This document shows, one piece after another, positions 11,495-25,200 of a stretch of 64,000 nt of DNA. Where the stretch lies: NCBI GenBank assembly GCA_001643675.2, contig LSRY02000040.1:248001-312000 (forward strand), in the 5' to 3' direction. This DNA is from Monocercomonoides exilis PA203 (Eukaryota > Protista > Preaxostyla). How positions within the stretch are numbered: the stretch's first letter is position 1; every line of letters starts with the position of its first letter. The position numbers and the translations under genes are program-made. The notes beneath the pieces are model-generated. The model worked only from the letters and a program-made list of their open reading frames with translations, did no database searches and had not been told where the DNA came from.

Positions 11495-13900
11495 ATGGTT
11501 CCGAATCCCATTATTATAATCAATATATGTTCAAAACTTTGTAATTCGAAATTTCGAATGCAAAATGCGATGTATGCATTCAGGGAATTTCCTTTTTCTG
11601 GAAGTGTATTATGCGTAAATGCAACATTAGAAATATCGTTTCTTTCCTGCATTTTTGAAAACTGTTTTTCAAATATTTATTTTGCAGAACAATGTTTGAA
11701 AATGTGCTAATAAATTGCTTAGACTTTTATTCCTGTTATTTCCAACGCTATTTAAGTTAACAAAAAAATGCCATTTGTTCAGAAAATGAAAGAAAAGCAT
11801 TCTGTCGTCAAAAACTTTCAGTTCTCTCTTTCTCTCTTCATGCAAATGACCGAAGGCAAATAAATGAGTGGACAATGCAAGAGATGTGAATACTCAAAGA
11901 AGCAAAACAAATAACATAAGCTTATATTAATAACAGAGCAGAAGAATTCACAAACTAAAAAAGTGAAGAAGGACAGATGGCATTGCAGAAAAACAAAATT
12001 ACAAGAAAGGGGTCCACATACAAGTTCTTGAGAAGAATGAGGCAACAAATGGTTTAAATAATTGTGCTGTGTTTAAATAGTGATAAAATTACTTCAACAT
12101 TTCTGTTTGAACGTTTTCAAGCTTCTGAATCAACAAGGACAGAACAAGTAGAAGGATCTTAAGTTGCAACAGTTAAAACAGTTCCCTCTTGATTATTTAA
12201 CTTATTCAACGAGAAAAATATGGATAAGTTGGATTTGACAAGAAAAATGTTTCTTCACTCATATTTTTGGATAATTAGAGCCGAACTGTTTTATCATCAA
12301 TGAATCCACTGGCGAATGAAGAATGAAAGATACTATGTGAGGAACTCACTTGAAAAATGCTTTTATCAGAAAGTCAATGAAGGACAAAAGTTTGAGGGAA
12401 AAGTGCTGCAGAAGACTTGTTTCGATATGATATGGAGCAATGGTTGTGAAAGAAGAATATCTAATATTTCAGCAAAAGAAATCCAAAAAAGAAATCTTAG
12501 AAGCTTCAAAGCATTAAATCCGAGATTCTATCAACAGCAAAAGAAACCGGAAGCGAAGACTCAAGATTCTTTAGACATGATAGCGTGTTTGAAGGAGATG
12601 AAAGCAAGGAAGGGATCGGATAACAAGTGATGATAGTTAAAAGGGGAGAGTGTTCAACAATGAGATCATTAGTGAATGTTTTTCAATTTAATAAAAATTG
12701 CTTTATTGAGCGAAGCGAAAATACAGGAAAGAAACTGTCAACATCTGTCAAATGGAAGGACTGCGTGACGAAAGGAATGATATGCATAATTTGATCAAGA
12801 AATTCAAGTATTTTGAAGAATACAAATCCAACATATGAAAGTGATGAGACATATATGGTACAATCGATTATTACAGACAAATGTGGGGAGACGTTAGTGA
12901 ATTGAAGTAATCTCTGTGGGAAAACAACTGTTTTAGGGATATGGCGGTGTTCAACACGTTTCAGCGAGATCCGGCGAGAGTGAAAAAGTTGAAGGATCAG
13001 TAATGAACGAAGGATTTAGATAAAGAGACCGCAACAGGATGATAAACCAAATGAATCCTGGAAGCTCGGTGAGAATAGTGAAATAAGTGAAAGCGTTATT
13101 TGAAAACTGAAAATCTTTTTTAGCAGCGAAGGAAGAGGAGGATTCAAAGGGGAAGCAGATAAGCTTCCAGACGATTATGTGAAGGTTTTCTAATTTGGAA
13201 ACGTGAGTTTTGAGGGATGCGACGAAAGAAGAAATGTTCCAAATGAATAATAAATAAGTGGAAAAATGACCTAGGTGATCAACTACAAAACTTAACAGTT
13301 AAAAGCCATCACTTGATGAACTGAGTGAGATTGTCGGAAATGAAGGAAGTGCAGCGATATAATGGAGCAATGTTAAAACAAACTTTCGGGGTGGGATGAT
13401 ATGAAACAATGGGCAAACAATAAAAATTGGATCATATAAAGTTGAAAAGTCATTGACTTGAAAGATGGAGAATAAATATATGAAGACTATGCAAGATGGA
13501 GATAGAATTGAATAATGAATAATAACCTCAGCGGAAAACCTGGATTTTGTTTTCAATCGAACAAATGACGAATATTTATTCAAATGAAATGAGGATTGCC
13601 TTGTTCCTTCAAACAATTGCTCGACAATAGAGGAAGAAACAGAGAATGACACATTTTCAGAGACAAAAGTGGAGTCGTTGAAAAAGAGAAGAAATTTGCT
13701 TTCATGGAAGAAGTTTCAATTGAAAAGAGGAAGCGATCATGATGATGAATATTAACCACCAAGTTCGTTATCGTTCAAAGAAACGGAGAAAAACGAAACA
13801 CATGAAAAAATTCCAAAAGACGATTCTCATTCAGGGCCATGATTGTTTTCACATTTATAGCAGATGACACTAACGGTATTTTTTCTTACAGAAAAATGGA
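11495..13900 (+). pseudogene. Heavily decayed cargo ORF(s) of unknown function inside E3
   Basis: Purine-rich coding-like plus strand with ORF fragments (e.g. 12316-12630) broken by many stops. Confidence 0.3.
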
Positions 13901-14753
13901 ATTCAAAATTGAACTTTTGTGTTTAAATGAATCAAATCTGCCAGATGTTTCTATCGAAGCCTTACAGAATCCTGACGATCAAGTGAAAAAATAGATAACA
14001 ATATTCTTGAAAAACAAGTAACTTTAAGACATTTTGATTAATTTGTGGCTTAAAAAAACAATTTCTTCGAGTGGAATAAGTGCATTAATCAATCAATTTG
14101 GCCTTGTTATTTCAGGATCAAGGGAAATGGAGCAAAGAACAATTGAGTCTTTTGTGTTGAATAATTGTTTGTCCCAATTATTGGAACAATTTTTCCAGAC
14201 ATCAGAATAATGAGCTATCATCACTTTCATCAGAAAAACTGTATTCAAAGTCTTCATTTTTTTTCTTAATTTCTTCAACAGATCGTATGGAATAAACCTT
14301 CTCATTTTCACTTGACTGATCAACGGATTCTGTGTTTGTCGGTTCGTTAATTTCGTTGTACTCACTATCACTGTAATGTCTTTTCTTCCATCTTCTTATT
14401 TTCTTTATTCTTCTTTTTTTATTTTTTTTATTTTTTTGCTTTTGATATTTAGTGTTATTATCCGAACTGCTGGAATCTTCTTCATTAAAGAGTATTTCAT
14501 CTTTCTTCTTTGCTTCTTCTTCATTCGTGCAGTCATCCGCATCTTTTTCATTTTAGAATAACGGAATGGTGATTACATAATCCTCACCATCTTGTGAATC
14601 TGTTTCTTCGTCCTCACTGTCAGATTACGTGGAATCACCAATTTCTGTTGTTCAATCAATATTTCCTTTATGAGAAAAATGAGAGGTCTGTTTTATTTCT
14701 TCAATTTTTGTTTCATTCTTTTTCTATGTAACTTTTTTATTTTGTTTTGCCAT

Positions 14754-16700
14754 CTAATTTCTTCCAGTTGTTCTGCAAAAAGACTCGTTCAAAAGCTTTT
14801 TCTCCTCATATAGCTTCCATTCCTCCAAAACATTCGGGGAAGTTACACATTTTCCAGAAATGGACCACCTGTTTGTCTTTTTTATTTGTTTCATGTTTGT
14901 TGGAAGTTCCTTTATTGTTTTTGATAGGACATTATCAATATTTGATGACGTTATTCCAGCCTCAAAAAATCCATGACGGATCACCCGAGGAGCTGGGGCA
15001 GGATAAGAACAATCAGCAATAGATTTTACAAATGAAAAAAAGTCTGTTTGAATTTTTTTTATTGATGGTTCTTTGCACACATGCTTTAATTCTTTTTTTA
15101 AAACTCCATTAGGCCCAAGATCCAAAGGCTGAAGAATATGTGAAGCATGTGAAGGAAGAATAACAACATCGACACCTACTTCTGATAGCTTCTCCCAAAG
15201 TTGTCTATTTCGCCGAGATGAATGCCCGTCTAGAATGAGAAGAGCTGGGAGTCTTGAATCTTTTGAAATCGTAGTATGTTGATTTTTTTGATAATCACTC
15301 TTCAATATTTCATTTTCTTCATCTATATTTTCTTCCATAAACTGACGATCATCACACATATTGATGTTTTTTATAACGAAGCCACCAGTCGTTCAGATCT
15401 TCTTTAATTGCTAATTTCGACAAACTAAGGGATTCTGTTAAAGTGTTCTCACGCTGAGTTACTTCAATGAAATTCATTTTGGTGAAAATGAATCCATTTT
15501 CATCAAATTGCTTTTATTTGTATTCACACTCCTCCTCTTCTCTATTAACTTGATATCACATGCTTTCAATATTATTAAAATTTGATAATAATGAGGCTGA
15601 TTGAAGAGATGAGGATGATGATGATGAGAAAGGAGATGAGGATGATGATGATGAGAAAGGAGATGAGGATGATGATGATGAGAAAGGAGATGAGGATGAT
15701 GATGATGAGTGTGGAGGTTGATTAGAAGTATTATTTGATGCAGTTAATAATAATGAATCGAAATTTTTCGCGTCAAGTTTTTTATTTTTTATTGAACTCG
15801 TGATATTTTAGTTGCATGTAATGTCGGTTATATTTGAATTTCTTTTTGGTTTAATATGTTTAAAAGGAGTTGTTGAAGTCGAAGATTGATGTGTATTAAG
15901 ATGATTATTTATTTTTTCAATTATTCTTTGTTGTGTTGTGATGTATTCCATTTCATTGTTCAGTATAATTTCTTCAAACAATTCTGCTGTCATCCATCCT
16001 TTTGTTGTTGAATGAAGAATAAAATTATCATCGTACCATTGCTGTTTAATTTCATTTTCATATTTTGTAGAAAGGATGAGATGAGTTGGAAGATGCCCTC
16101 CGTCGGCAGTGACGATGAATAAAAGCGTCAAATGCCTAAGTGGAGGGACTTCAAGCACTGGGAGAAATGCACACATTTTCGATACAATTTTTTTCTGTTT
16201 TGTTTTTTCGTCCGTTTGGCAACTTGTTTCGTCAAGTTGCAAAATAAGTTTAGGATGATATTTTTTAGTAAACATTAATCGTCGAAGATTTGTCAAAAAC
16301 TTTTTCATATTCGTTTCCGTTGAAGCCCTTAATCGGGCAATATCCAAATTTGTTTGGTTTATTGTTTTCAGTTGTTTGTGTCGATTGACGAAATTTCTTG
16401 CCCACTTCACACTCGGCATTTCAACAAACTCAACTGTTTCTGATTTCCTTTTCATTCTTATTCTATAAGCCTTGATATTTATTTATTATAAAAAAATAAA
16501 TTAAACAAATAATTTCAAACCAATAAAGGAAATGTTTGGAATGTTGGTTGAGTCGTAATGTCGCTCCAATTAACTATCATTAAAACAAGCTCTTCTTCTT
16601 CTTCTTCAGTTAGATAAAAAGGTCTTCCGTTTTTTCTTTTTTCCAATCCACGCTTTGTCATTTTTTTTGCCCTTAAGTTTTTGAAGCAATCCTTTCTATT
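14754..16700 (-). pseudogene. pogo-like DDE_1 transposase of E3, disrupted, with a long Ser/Asn-rich insertion in the catalytic domain
   Basis: 15808-16455 encodes WARNFVNRH, LQLDET, TADGG and KGWMT. 14754-15359 encodes ALLILDGHSSR and LPSHASHILQPLD. The intervening low-complexity segment contains stops. Confidence 0.85.
15606..15709. repeat. 27-bp tandem repeat, ~3.8 copies (encodes SSSSSSSPF on the minus strand)
   Basis: Unit GAGATGAGGATGATGATGATGAGAAAG repeated. Confidence 0.9.
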
Positions 16701-17116
16701 CTTGTATTTTGCAGAATTCGTTTTCGATTCTAATTTGTCCTTAAAAGATCGGAAAAAAATTCCACAAGGGGATGCAATTGCTTTTTAAGATAAATGTTAT
16801 GGTTCAGAAAACCATAAATTATATTTTTTTTGAAAAAAACTGAAAATATACTAAATAAAGTTCAAATCGAGCAGAAAAAAATGAATATTAGTAATGTGAA
16901 GAATTTTCTCATTATTATGAGACCATGTGCACAAGTTTCGTATTTTGTGCGGGTTTTTTCCCTAACTATAAATTTCTTGTATAAAATGTATTTCAAACCA
17001 TATCTTGAAGCGATCTGCATTGCAAGTGAGATTCGGACGGTCAGAAGTTTCATCACAAAGATGAAGCGATGGTTTATTTTGCGTCCCGATTTCCTTTTCA
17101 CTTTTTTTTTTTTTTT

Positions 17117-17156
<40 letters not shown>

Positions 17157-17885
17157 ATTATTTTTTATTTCATTGACTCAACATTGAAAAAATAGATGAT
17201 CAGCTTTTTTATTTATTTATTTATTTTTTTTTTGAAAATAATTAATAAATCTTTCCTCAATTTGAAAAATAAAATAATTGTTATTTTAAAAAGCTACAGT
17301 TCAATATTTTTGAAAAGTGACTAGAAATTATTGAAAAATTTGTTAAGAATATTAAAAGAAAATAACTTTTGACTTAGCAGCGATTGAAAGGGAATTGAAT
17401 TTGTGTTCTTTTTTGATGATTTTGTTTTTTCTAATATATTAGAAGATGTTCTGCATGAAGTTGAAGATGAGGAAGCTGTTTGAGAAAAAAGAAAATATAT
17501 AGAGTCTGAAGCATTATGACTTTCATTTTGAGAAAGAGGAATTAATGAAGATAATTGATCAAAACATGTTAATGAAGAGACTTTGGAAAAAGATGAAAAG
17601 GAAGATGAAAATGATGAAGATGTGGAAGAAAACGTAGGAAAAGGTTGAGAAGATGTTTGAGAAAATAAATTTGTTGACTTCCATTGATTCGGAAGAAACT
17701 AATCCTGAGAATTGTCAGACATCAGACCTTGTTCATCAGAAATGCATCTTTCTCAAGCGCTTCAATTCTTTTATTATTCTTTTGATCTTGAATTGTCTCA
17801 ATTCCTTTCTCTCTTCGCTGCTTTGCTTTTTCAGCTCATAATGGTTTGTAATCACTATCAAAATCAGATTAAAAAATAATAATAT

Positions 17886-18116
17886 GTCTAATTTTTTTTG
17901 GAAAGTTCCTTTTGTTTTATTCACAAATTGAATTCAAATTACATATTTCGATCAAATTTCTATTTCCACACACAAAATTTTGCTATTATAAAAACAAAAT
18001 CTTGACAAAGATATTATTTCCATTTAAGTTAAGTTTCGTTCGTTGGAACATAAATTTGATCGAAATATGAAGGTTTTTTTATTAAAAATAAAAGGAACTT
18101 TACAAAAAATTTGGAC
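17886..18116. mobile_element. MITE with 4-bp TSD (ATAT)
   Basis: TIRs GTCTAATTTTTTTTGGAAAGTTCCTTTT / AAAAGGAACTTTACAAAAAATTTGGAC; ATAT on both flanks. Confidence 0.75.
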
Positions 18117-18244
18117 ATATGGTTAACAGAAAAAGAAAAAAAATCAATTAAAATTAACAATAATGGTATTAAAATGAAAAATAAGTTTTCTAAATCTGCT
18201 AATAATGAAGTTATTGTGTGTGAAGGTTATTCTGTTGGATTCAG

Positions 18245-19288
18245 TCAATTTTTCATTTTTGATAAGTATCTCTCGTTTGTAATCTTTCTGGCTTCAATTT
18301 TTCTCATGTGACTTGCATAAAGCTCCTCCAAAAACAATGAATTTGTTTCTGCATCTTTCTTTGTGAGTGGATTGTGCAAGATATAAAAGTCTGTGAGGCA
18401 GCAAGCCACTGAAAAATAGACTGCAACACACTCCATTTTATAAATCCATGAATGATGGAAGATAATGAAGAGTGTTTTGAGTCTTCCGAAAAATCTTTCC
18501 ACGATAACGCGATGTGTGGCCAATTCTGGAGTTCCAACTGGCTTTGTGATGATGGCTTCAAGCTCTGGTTTTGCTCCAATGAAAGCAGAATCAGCTAAAA
18601 TCTTTGTTCCTCCCAGCCTGTGCTCGAATGTCGTGTAGTGCTCGTTGAAAATAGTGAAATCATTTGTCAAACCAGTGAAGATGGAGCTGATTGTGCTTGC
18701 TGTCCCCACCTTGTGGTTCACTCCCACCTCCACTTTGACGTTGCAGATGTGGCATATTCCTGTGTAATATTTTTTACAATATTCCAGCTTTCCTCCGGGT
18801 CTGTTTGTCGGAATGACAGAACAATCAACAACAATTCTCACATCTTTCGACTCCTCCAAAACTTCAGGATAAAATATCAAAAACAAATCTGCCAATGGAG
18901 CTCTGAAATGAGAAACAATACTGTGAAGAAGTCGGACAATAGCGTTTTGAGTTTCATAGAAAGGTGATGATAATATGAGTGTGAGTGTTGTTGAACCGTG
19001 ATGAAGAAAAGTGAGCAGCAAGAATAATTGTTCATCAAAATTGTTGATTTCTTTCAGTTTCACTTTACGATGAGGAACTTCCATTTGAAGAATGTGTGTG
19101 AAAAAAACAAATTCTTCTTTTGAGAATCCAGTGATTCGAAAAAAAGAAGAAACAGGATCATCAAAATAATCACAAGCTTTTTTGATGATGGAAAATTTTT
19201 CAACTTTTTGAATTGATTCATTCCGTTGTGGAATAATATTTCTCCTCTCCACACTCTTCAAAACGTCCAAAAAATTTTAATGTGACAT
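18245..19288 (-). pseudogene. IS5/PIF-Harbinger-like (DDE_Tnp_4) transposase, near-intact
   Basis: Motifs RITGFSKEEF, IVVDCSVIP, NVKVEVGVN, TNDFTIF, KILADSAF and HRVIVERFFGRLK. The ATG at 19288 is followed by TAA at codon 4 (MSH*NFLDV versus MSQSTFLDI in the 63788 copy). Confidence 0.85.
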
Positions 19289-19487
19289 CTGAAAAAAAAG
19301 AACAGATTTCGTTTGATCACAACAAAATATTGAAATTCAGTTATAAACGATTACGAAACCTACATTTGTGAATATGAATTTTATTGAATAAAATCAAATA
19401 AGATTGATTCTTTTCAGTTTTTTATTTGAATTATTGAATGTTAATATATCTTTCGTGAATGCATCAAATAAAATACGATAGGTTCTT

Positions 19488-21161
19488 GAGATGGAGGAAA
19501 CCCCAACTGGGGAGGAAATCCGGATCAATGATCAGAACAAAAATTCAGAATATTAGTTAATGATTAATCTCAAAAACAAGATTTTCCAGTTTATTCAATT
19601 CAAAAAATATGGATTAAACATATTGAAAATTATATTGAATAATTAATATCAAAAGTTTTGAAAAATTATCGACAGGAAATGAAAGAAATAATTGAATAAT
19701 CAATTGCGAAACACAAAAGATAGCATTTTGCAAAAAGTGAAGAGTCGGAATCAGAAGCCTTATAAATCGCTCCGAAATTATTTTTTTCAAGTGCTTTTGT
19801 TAGCTCCACAGAATTCTCGGACCAAGATGGTGGATTTTCCTGTAAATGCTTGAGAACAACTGATTTATCTAAGGGCAAGAGCCCAGAAACTTTCCACGAT
19901 GAGATAATTGTGCTGGGATAGCTGGCCGTTGTAAACCCATCTCTAAGTGTTGTTGTGAAAACTTCTCTTTCCTGTGAGGATGTCTTTGTCTGTCCACTTT
20001 CTGTTGCTCTTGCAAACACTCTTTTCATATTGGCGAAAATAAACTGATCATTTGGTTGAGTGATATGTGATGTGTGAGATGGAAGTTTAATTAGTCCATA
20101 AGATTATCTTTACAAAGTCTTCTTATTTCTTTCGTTAAATGTCCAACGCCGCTTTCCTTAATCAACGCTGCATGCTTGTATTTCTCGCCTTAGGCTATCC
20201 TTTTTTTAATAATTTCTGGAAGAAAAAAGATTTGGAACAATTTCAAGAACAACGATGATGTGAAATGTCCAGTTGTCGAAGGGAAGAATACTTCTTGTGA
20301 GGTTGTGGCAAACTTGTACTCATCCGGCAAAGTTTTATAAGGAATGACTATGGGAGTTAAATATCTGCAGCCATCTGCGCTGCACATGAAGACGATTGAA
20401 GTTGCAGTTGGAAGAGATGTTTCCAAAGCTATAACTGAATTCCAGGATGAAGATGAAGCGACTAGATCATTTTTTCTTTTATGAAAAAAGGTTGAGGTTT
20501 CATCGATATTAAATAACAATTGAGGAATCGGTTTTTCCTCGTTAAGATACGATTCGTATAAATCGAAAAAAGGTATTGAAACCTTTCGGCAAGAATGAGC
20601 AACCCTTCCGATTGGAAGAGCTTTTGGCTTTGCAAACACAATTTCTGGATGTCTTTGCAAAAACTGTTCCGTCCAGTGCTTGTCCACTGATTTGCATTCT
20701 TCACCTTCATTCCTTTTCTTTTGCAACATTTCATTTGCCTGTCAATGGAAAAAAATTAAATAAATATAAAAACACATCCATAACAAACCGTTTGAGTTAT
20801 GTATTTTTTTATTGGATATTTACCAATTTTTTTTTCGTCAAGAAACAACTGTTTCATTTCCAACTCCTCAGCCTCGTTAAATAATGTGGGCCTACCACAT
20901 TTCCCAATGCTTCTGCCATTGTCCCTTGCTTTGATCGCTCGCTGCAACGAAGATCTTTTTAACAAGCCGCTTTCATCAATTTGTCTTTCAGAATACTTAA
21001 GAATATCGTGAACGTACAAGTCTTTTTATGTGTGGATCTCAAAGTGATCTAATATCACTTGTTGCGTTGACGTGCGTTAAGGAGGGTTTTGTTTTTAACA
21101 TTTTGATCTGAAACTTTTTTAATATTTTTTAATCAAAAATGGCCCGGATTTCCTCCCCGAC
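19488..21161 (-). mobile_element. Decayed pogo-like transposon E4 (same TIR motif as E1)
   Basis: Right end GGCCCGGATTTCCTCCCCGAC|TA; degenerate left end GGAGGAAACCCCAACTGGGGAGGAAATCCGG. The transposase (~21100-19700) has the same intron (20788-20739) and FNIDET, plus stops, frameshifts and loss of the MDG motif. Confidence 0.85.
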
Positions 21162-22213
21162 TATTAGAAATTGATTGATTTGACTGAGTCGCGAAAATGT
21201 GACTCAGTCAAATCAATTTTTGTCTGGTTTATCGAATTTCACTAATTTTAATTGAATTTCCCTCAATCTCACCAAAAGAGAAATTGCGAATTTTTATGAT
21301 CACAAATTGTGATCGAACATTTTTTTGTTTTGTTTTAAATTTCACTATTTAAAGCTCATTTTCGTTGAACTTATAATTTGGGGCGAAATTTTTTAATTTA
21401 TGAAAAATATCATGTTTTGTTCCAAACTTATTCTGTACACATATCACAATGTGTGAAGCATTATTATTCAAAAAAATATTTGCAACGAAATCCATAATAA
21501 TAATTTATTTTTATATTTGAAAACAAGCGTGATATTTAAAGAAATAACAGAAAAAGACATGTGAAAGGTGTGATCATGATTTTTGCCTTTGTATTCAAAT
21601 GCGTTGAATGTGAATAGAAGTTTCATAGTATTGTCAATGCAACGAGCACTGATTTCAAATGAATAGTAAATATTAACGCATAATTATTGTATCTGCTTTC
21701 GGATAACTTATGCATACAAACGGAAAACTCTATGAGGACATTAAAACAAAGAGATTTACAAATACAAAAAATTTTCAGGAGGATTTTTCAGAAGAAGAAA
21801 TATAATAATCTGTTTGGAAATAATCACCTTTATTCCTTCGTCTTCTTCTTTCTCTTCATCATCTTTAACATTTTCATCATCAAAGCCAACACATCACCCA
21901 ATTCATTCCTCCGCCCTCTCCAACTACAACACTTTAGCCACTATCATCGTCTGCAACTTAGCTTTTGTTTCTTCTCTTCTGGCACACTTCTGCGCCCCTA
22001 TCACTTCTCCTATTTCTTCCTGCCTTCCATCGCTCTCTGAGATATCTGCCTTTGCAGAATGCACTTGTTCTTCACATATTTGTTCAGCACTTCCTGCAAA
22101 TGAATTTGTGGAGTATGTCTCGCTCCGTTTAACAGATGAGAAGAATGGCACGACAATAATATAGCTGCTAATCACACTTGCCCATTCAACACAATGAAAC
22201 ATCCTTGTGCTGT

Positions 22214-25200
22214 TTACAATGGGGAAGATGGTGTTATGAAAGAAGAAGAAAGAGGAGAAAGAGGAAAAGGAGGAGGAGAAGAAGGTGATGATGATGAATA
22301 TGCTTGTGTAACTGTGCATGTCACAACAGATAAATACGCCTCCATCTTCTTTTCATTCTTCTCTCTAATTTGTGTGCACAACAACTCTTCTGGCTTGAGA
22401 AGCAGCCAGCTAACCCCAATCTGTGTCAAATGCTTCTCCAAAAGCGAAAGACATAACTTATGCTCAGCAACATCGGGACGAATGGAATAAAAACAGGACA
22501 AAGCGAGAGTACAAAGGGAAGCAACGTGGCTGGGTGCTTTTGTAGAATAAAGAAGAACATTACAAAATGACTGCGAAATGATCGAATAAAATGCATCTTC
22601 TTGTGAAATTGGTATAGATGGAAGCGAAATTGAGGAAAAGGATGAATCCGAAGCAAAAAGAGAAGTCGGCTTCGTTCCTTTCAAAATCATAAGAATGGAG
22701 AGAGAAGCAGGCGCAGACGGAGAAGGGGCATCATACAGATGAGAAATAAGAGAGATCAACAACACCATTGCAGATTCACGTGGAAACGGATGCAGCTCAT
22801 CCTGACAAGCACTGTTACTATCCAAAGTTGCAAGAGAATACAGCGACCTCACTGCATTTGTCCACTTTCCCGACTGTATTGACAGAGAAGGAGAAAGAAA
22901 GTCCTGGCAGCGCTGAGGGTAATTGGAGAGGAGGAGCAGCCAAGAGCAAACAGGAGACAGAAAGCAGGCAGCGCACAGGAAGGGGAACAGAGGGACGAAT
23001 TGGATGGTTTTCTTCTGCTTGGCAGGCAGAAGATCGAGCAGCGATGTGAAGAAGAAGAAGAGCTGCTGGAGCAGAATGGAGAGGTGCTGCTGTTTCAGAG
23101 ATGCATCTGTTTTGGATAAATACACTGAGACTGACTTCAGAACAGCAGAAAGGACGCAGAGGAGCGCGCGGAAAAAACACAGACGCAGCTGAGTGTCTTC
23201 GCAGCGGAAGAGAAATACCTTCGCAATCGAAGGCGCACCTGCAATGTATTCAGATTCCAGCTTGTTCAGCTCCACAGCAGTCATTGCATTCACTGCGGTG
23301 GATGCAGTTGAACTCTTATGGTTTCACTTTCTGGCAAGGCAGGCATCCCTCTCTTTTGCTTCTCCACTGAGGAACTCAGTTGTGATGTGCTTGATAAGTT
23401 TGAACGACAAGTCTGGCGAGCGGACAAGAATCTGCTCCAACTCCATGTTCAACTGCATAAACACAGCATTGTGCACAGAATGAGAGAACGAATAATGAAA
23501 AAAATGCACCCAGAAATTCATGAAGTCGCGAGAAAATGTCGGATCTGCCTTTGGCACATTCGGCACACGCAAAGTCAGAGAAGCTGAGGCAGATAAGGAT
23601 GAAGATGATGAGCTTTTGCCAGCAAGTTTCGTTTCAATCAAAGATGAAACAGATGTTGCAGATGAAGCACCAGTTGAAGATAATCTGGGATTAGTGACTG
23701 TTGTTGCTGCTTCCTCCTCTTCAGCATATTGTTCGCATCCAAACTGCTCAAACAACCTTCTCACAAACGCAAAGAATGTGTTTGAGAAGATTTGTCTGTC
23801 TCTCACGATGCCCAACTGTCTCACCAACACTCTCTCATCCACACTGCTCATCCCATCTGAAGACGATTTCATTGGCGAATGCTCTGTCAAGGCAGAATCT
23901 GCGAACACATCGTCATTAAAAGGAGAACGCATCTTCAGCGTAGACGGGTGGGGTGATGGAGGATGCATTGCGAAAAGAGGAAAAGAGCCAATTGCTTGCG
24001 ATACAGTGAAAGGCAGATGGCTCCCTCTTGTTATTTCTTTCAGCTTTGCCTGTGGAATCTGGCGGAGCAGCTGGCGCTCGAGGCTCCAGTCGTCAACAGG
24101 CTACTTCCGCTCGTAGATGAGGATGTATGCCGAGTACGGTTTGACTGTGTCTGCCTCGCTCAGCAGGCTCAGGCGCTTGTTCTTGAGGATCTCGTGATCG
24201 ATCAGCGAAGTGTCGTCCAGGAAGCTCCCTCCAAAGGCCTCTGCTTTTGGTGTCTCCACAGCAGGAGAAGGGAACAGCCTAACTCTGTCGTTGTTGAACT
24301 CGTACCACTAGTGCGGAGCATCTTTTTCCATCTCAAATGAGATGCAGTGTCCAGCATTGGCTGTCCCCGAGTGGTTGATGATGCCCTGCAGACGGTATTT
24401 GGAGTAGCTCTCCGGACGCAGCTTGTCTTTGCTTTCGCCGTTATGCGGCACCTGCAGATTCTTCAGATTCTCTTTGCGTCCAATCTTTTCCAACATGATT
24501 GTTGTATCAGCTTTGGAAAACCGCTTCAAACTGCTTTGTTTTTCTTCCCTCACCTGAATCGCCTCCCACGTTAATGGCTCGAGATCCAAGTCCTCCTCAA
24601 TGGGGAACTCAAACTTGTCGTTGATCTTCACTCTGTTCCCTGTCAGCGGCTGGTAGTCAAAGCGCCTGAGGAGAATAATGAGTGTATTCGGCAGGTCTCT
24701 CAGAACTGTCCGGTTGAACACATCAACCGTGTGATGCTTGCCACACTCTTCGCATTCGTAATCCTCTATCTTCGACCCAACCACCATCTACGCCAACGAT
24801 TCCACCAGACTCTTCTTCCTTTTCACTTCCACATCGAGCGCATGGAAGCCATCGGAATGCCATCGCTCGTGCCCGCATCTGCAGACATGCAGGTTCATCG
24901 TGCAGCCCTTCAGAAAGTGCCGGACAAAGTTCGAAGCTGCAACTGCATCCAAGTGCATCTCCAGCTTGTCCACAAAGACACATGAAGAACTCGTGGATGT
25001 CACAATGCACACCATTCACAACTTGCTTCCTGTCCTGGTCGAGATACACCTCCAGAAACTGCTCAGCATCAACGAACTCCTTCCTGTTTAGGTTGTCCTG
25101 CAGATCTCAGAAGAGATAACTAACAGCTTTCCACACAGCACTGTTCTGCACTTTCTCCTCCTCTGTCACGCTGCGCAGCCTCATCCCTGCCATCTTCGCC

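Larger units (their letters stand above)
10885..16966 (-). mobile_element. 6.1-kb pogo-like transposon E3 with extra internal cargo
   Basis: Imperfect ~45-bp TIRs: GTTGGGGAAAAAACCAACTTCAGGGAAAAAACCTGTGCACA, and reverse complement of the right end GTTAGGGAAAAAACCCGCACAAAATACGAAACTTGTGCACA. TA flanks. The same ends recur at 53600-56083. Confidence 0.85.

Noticed and set aside
15606-15709. Regular short repeats as a CRISPR array
   Set aside because: Head-to-tail repeats without unique spacers, no cas genes, eukaryotic context.
9426-24790. In-frame TAA/TAG codons in otherwise good ORFs, suggesting stop-to-Gln reassignment as in Streblomastix
   Set aside because: The E2 stop replaces Lys in its paralogues. 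TGA stops and frameshifts co-occur in the same genes, and the intact 567-2006 gene ends in TAA. Ordinary pseudogenisation fits better.
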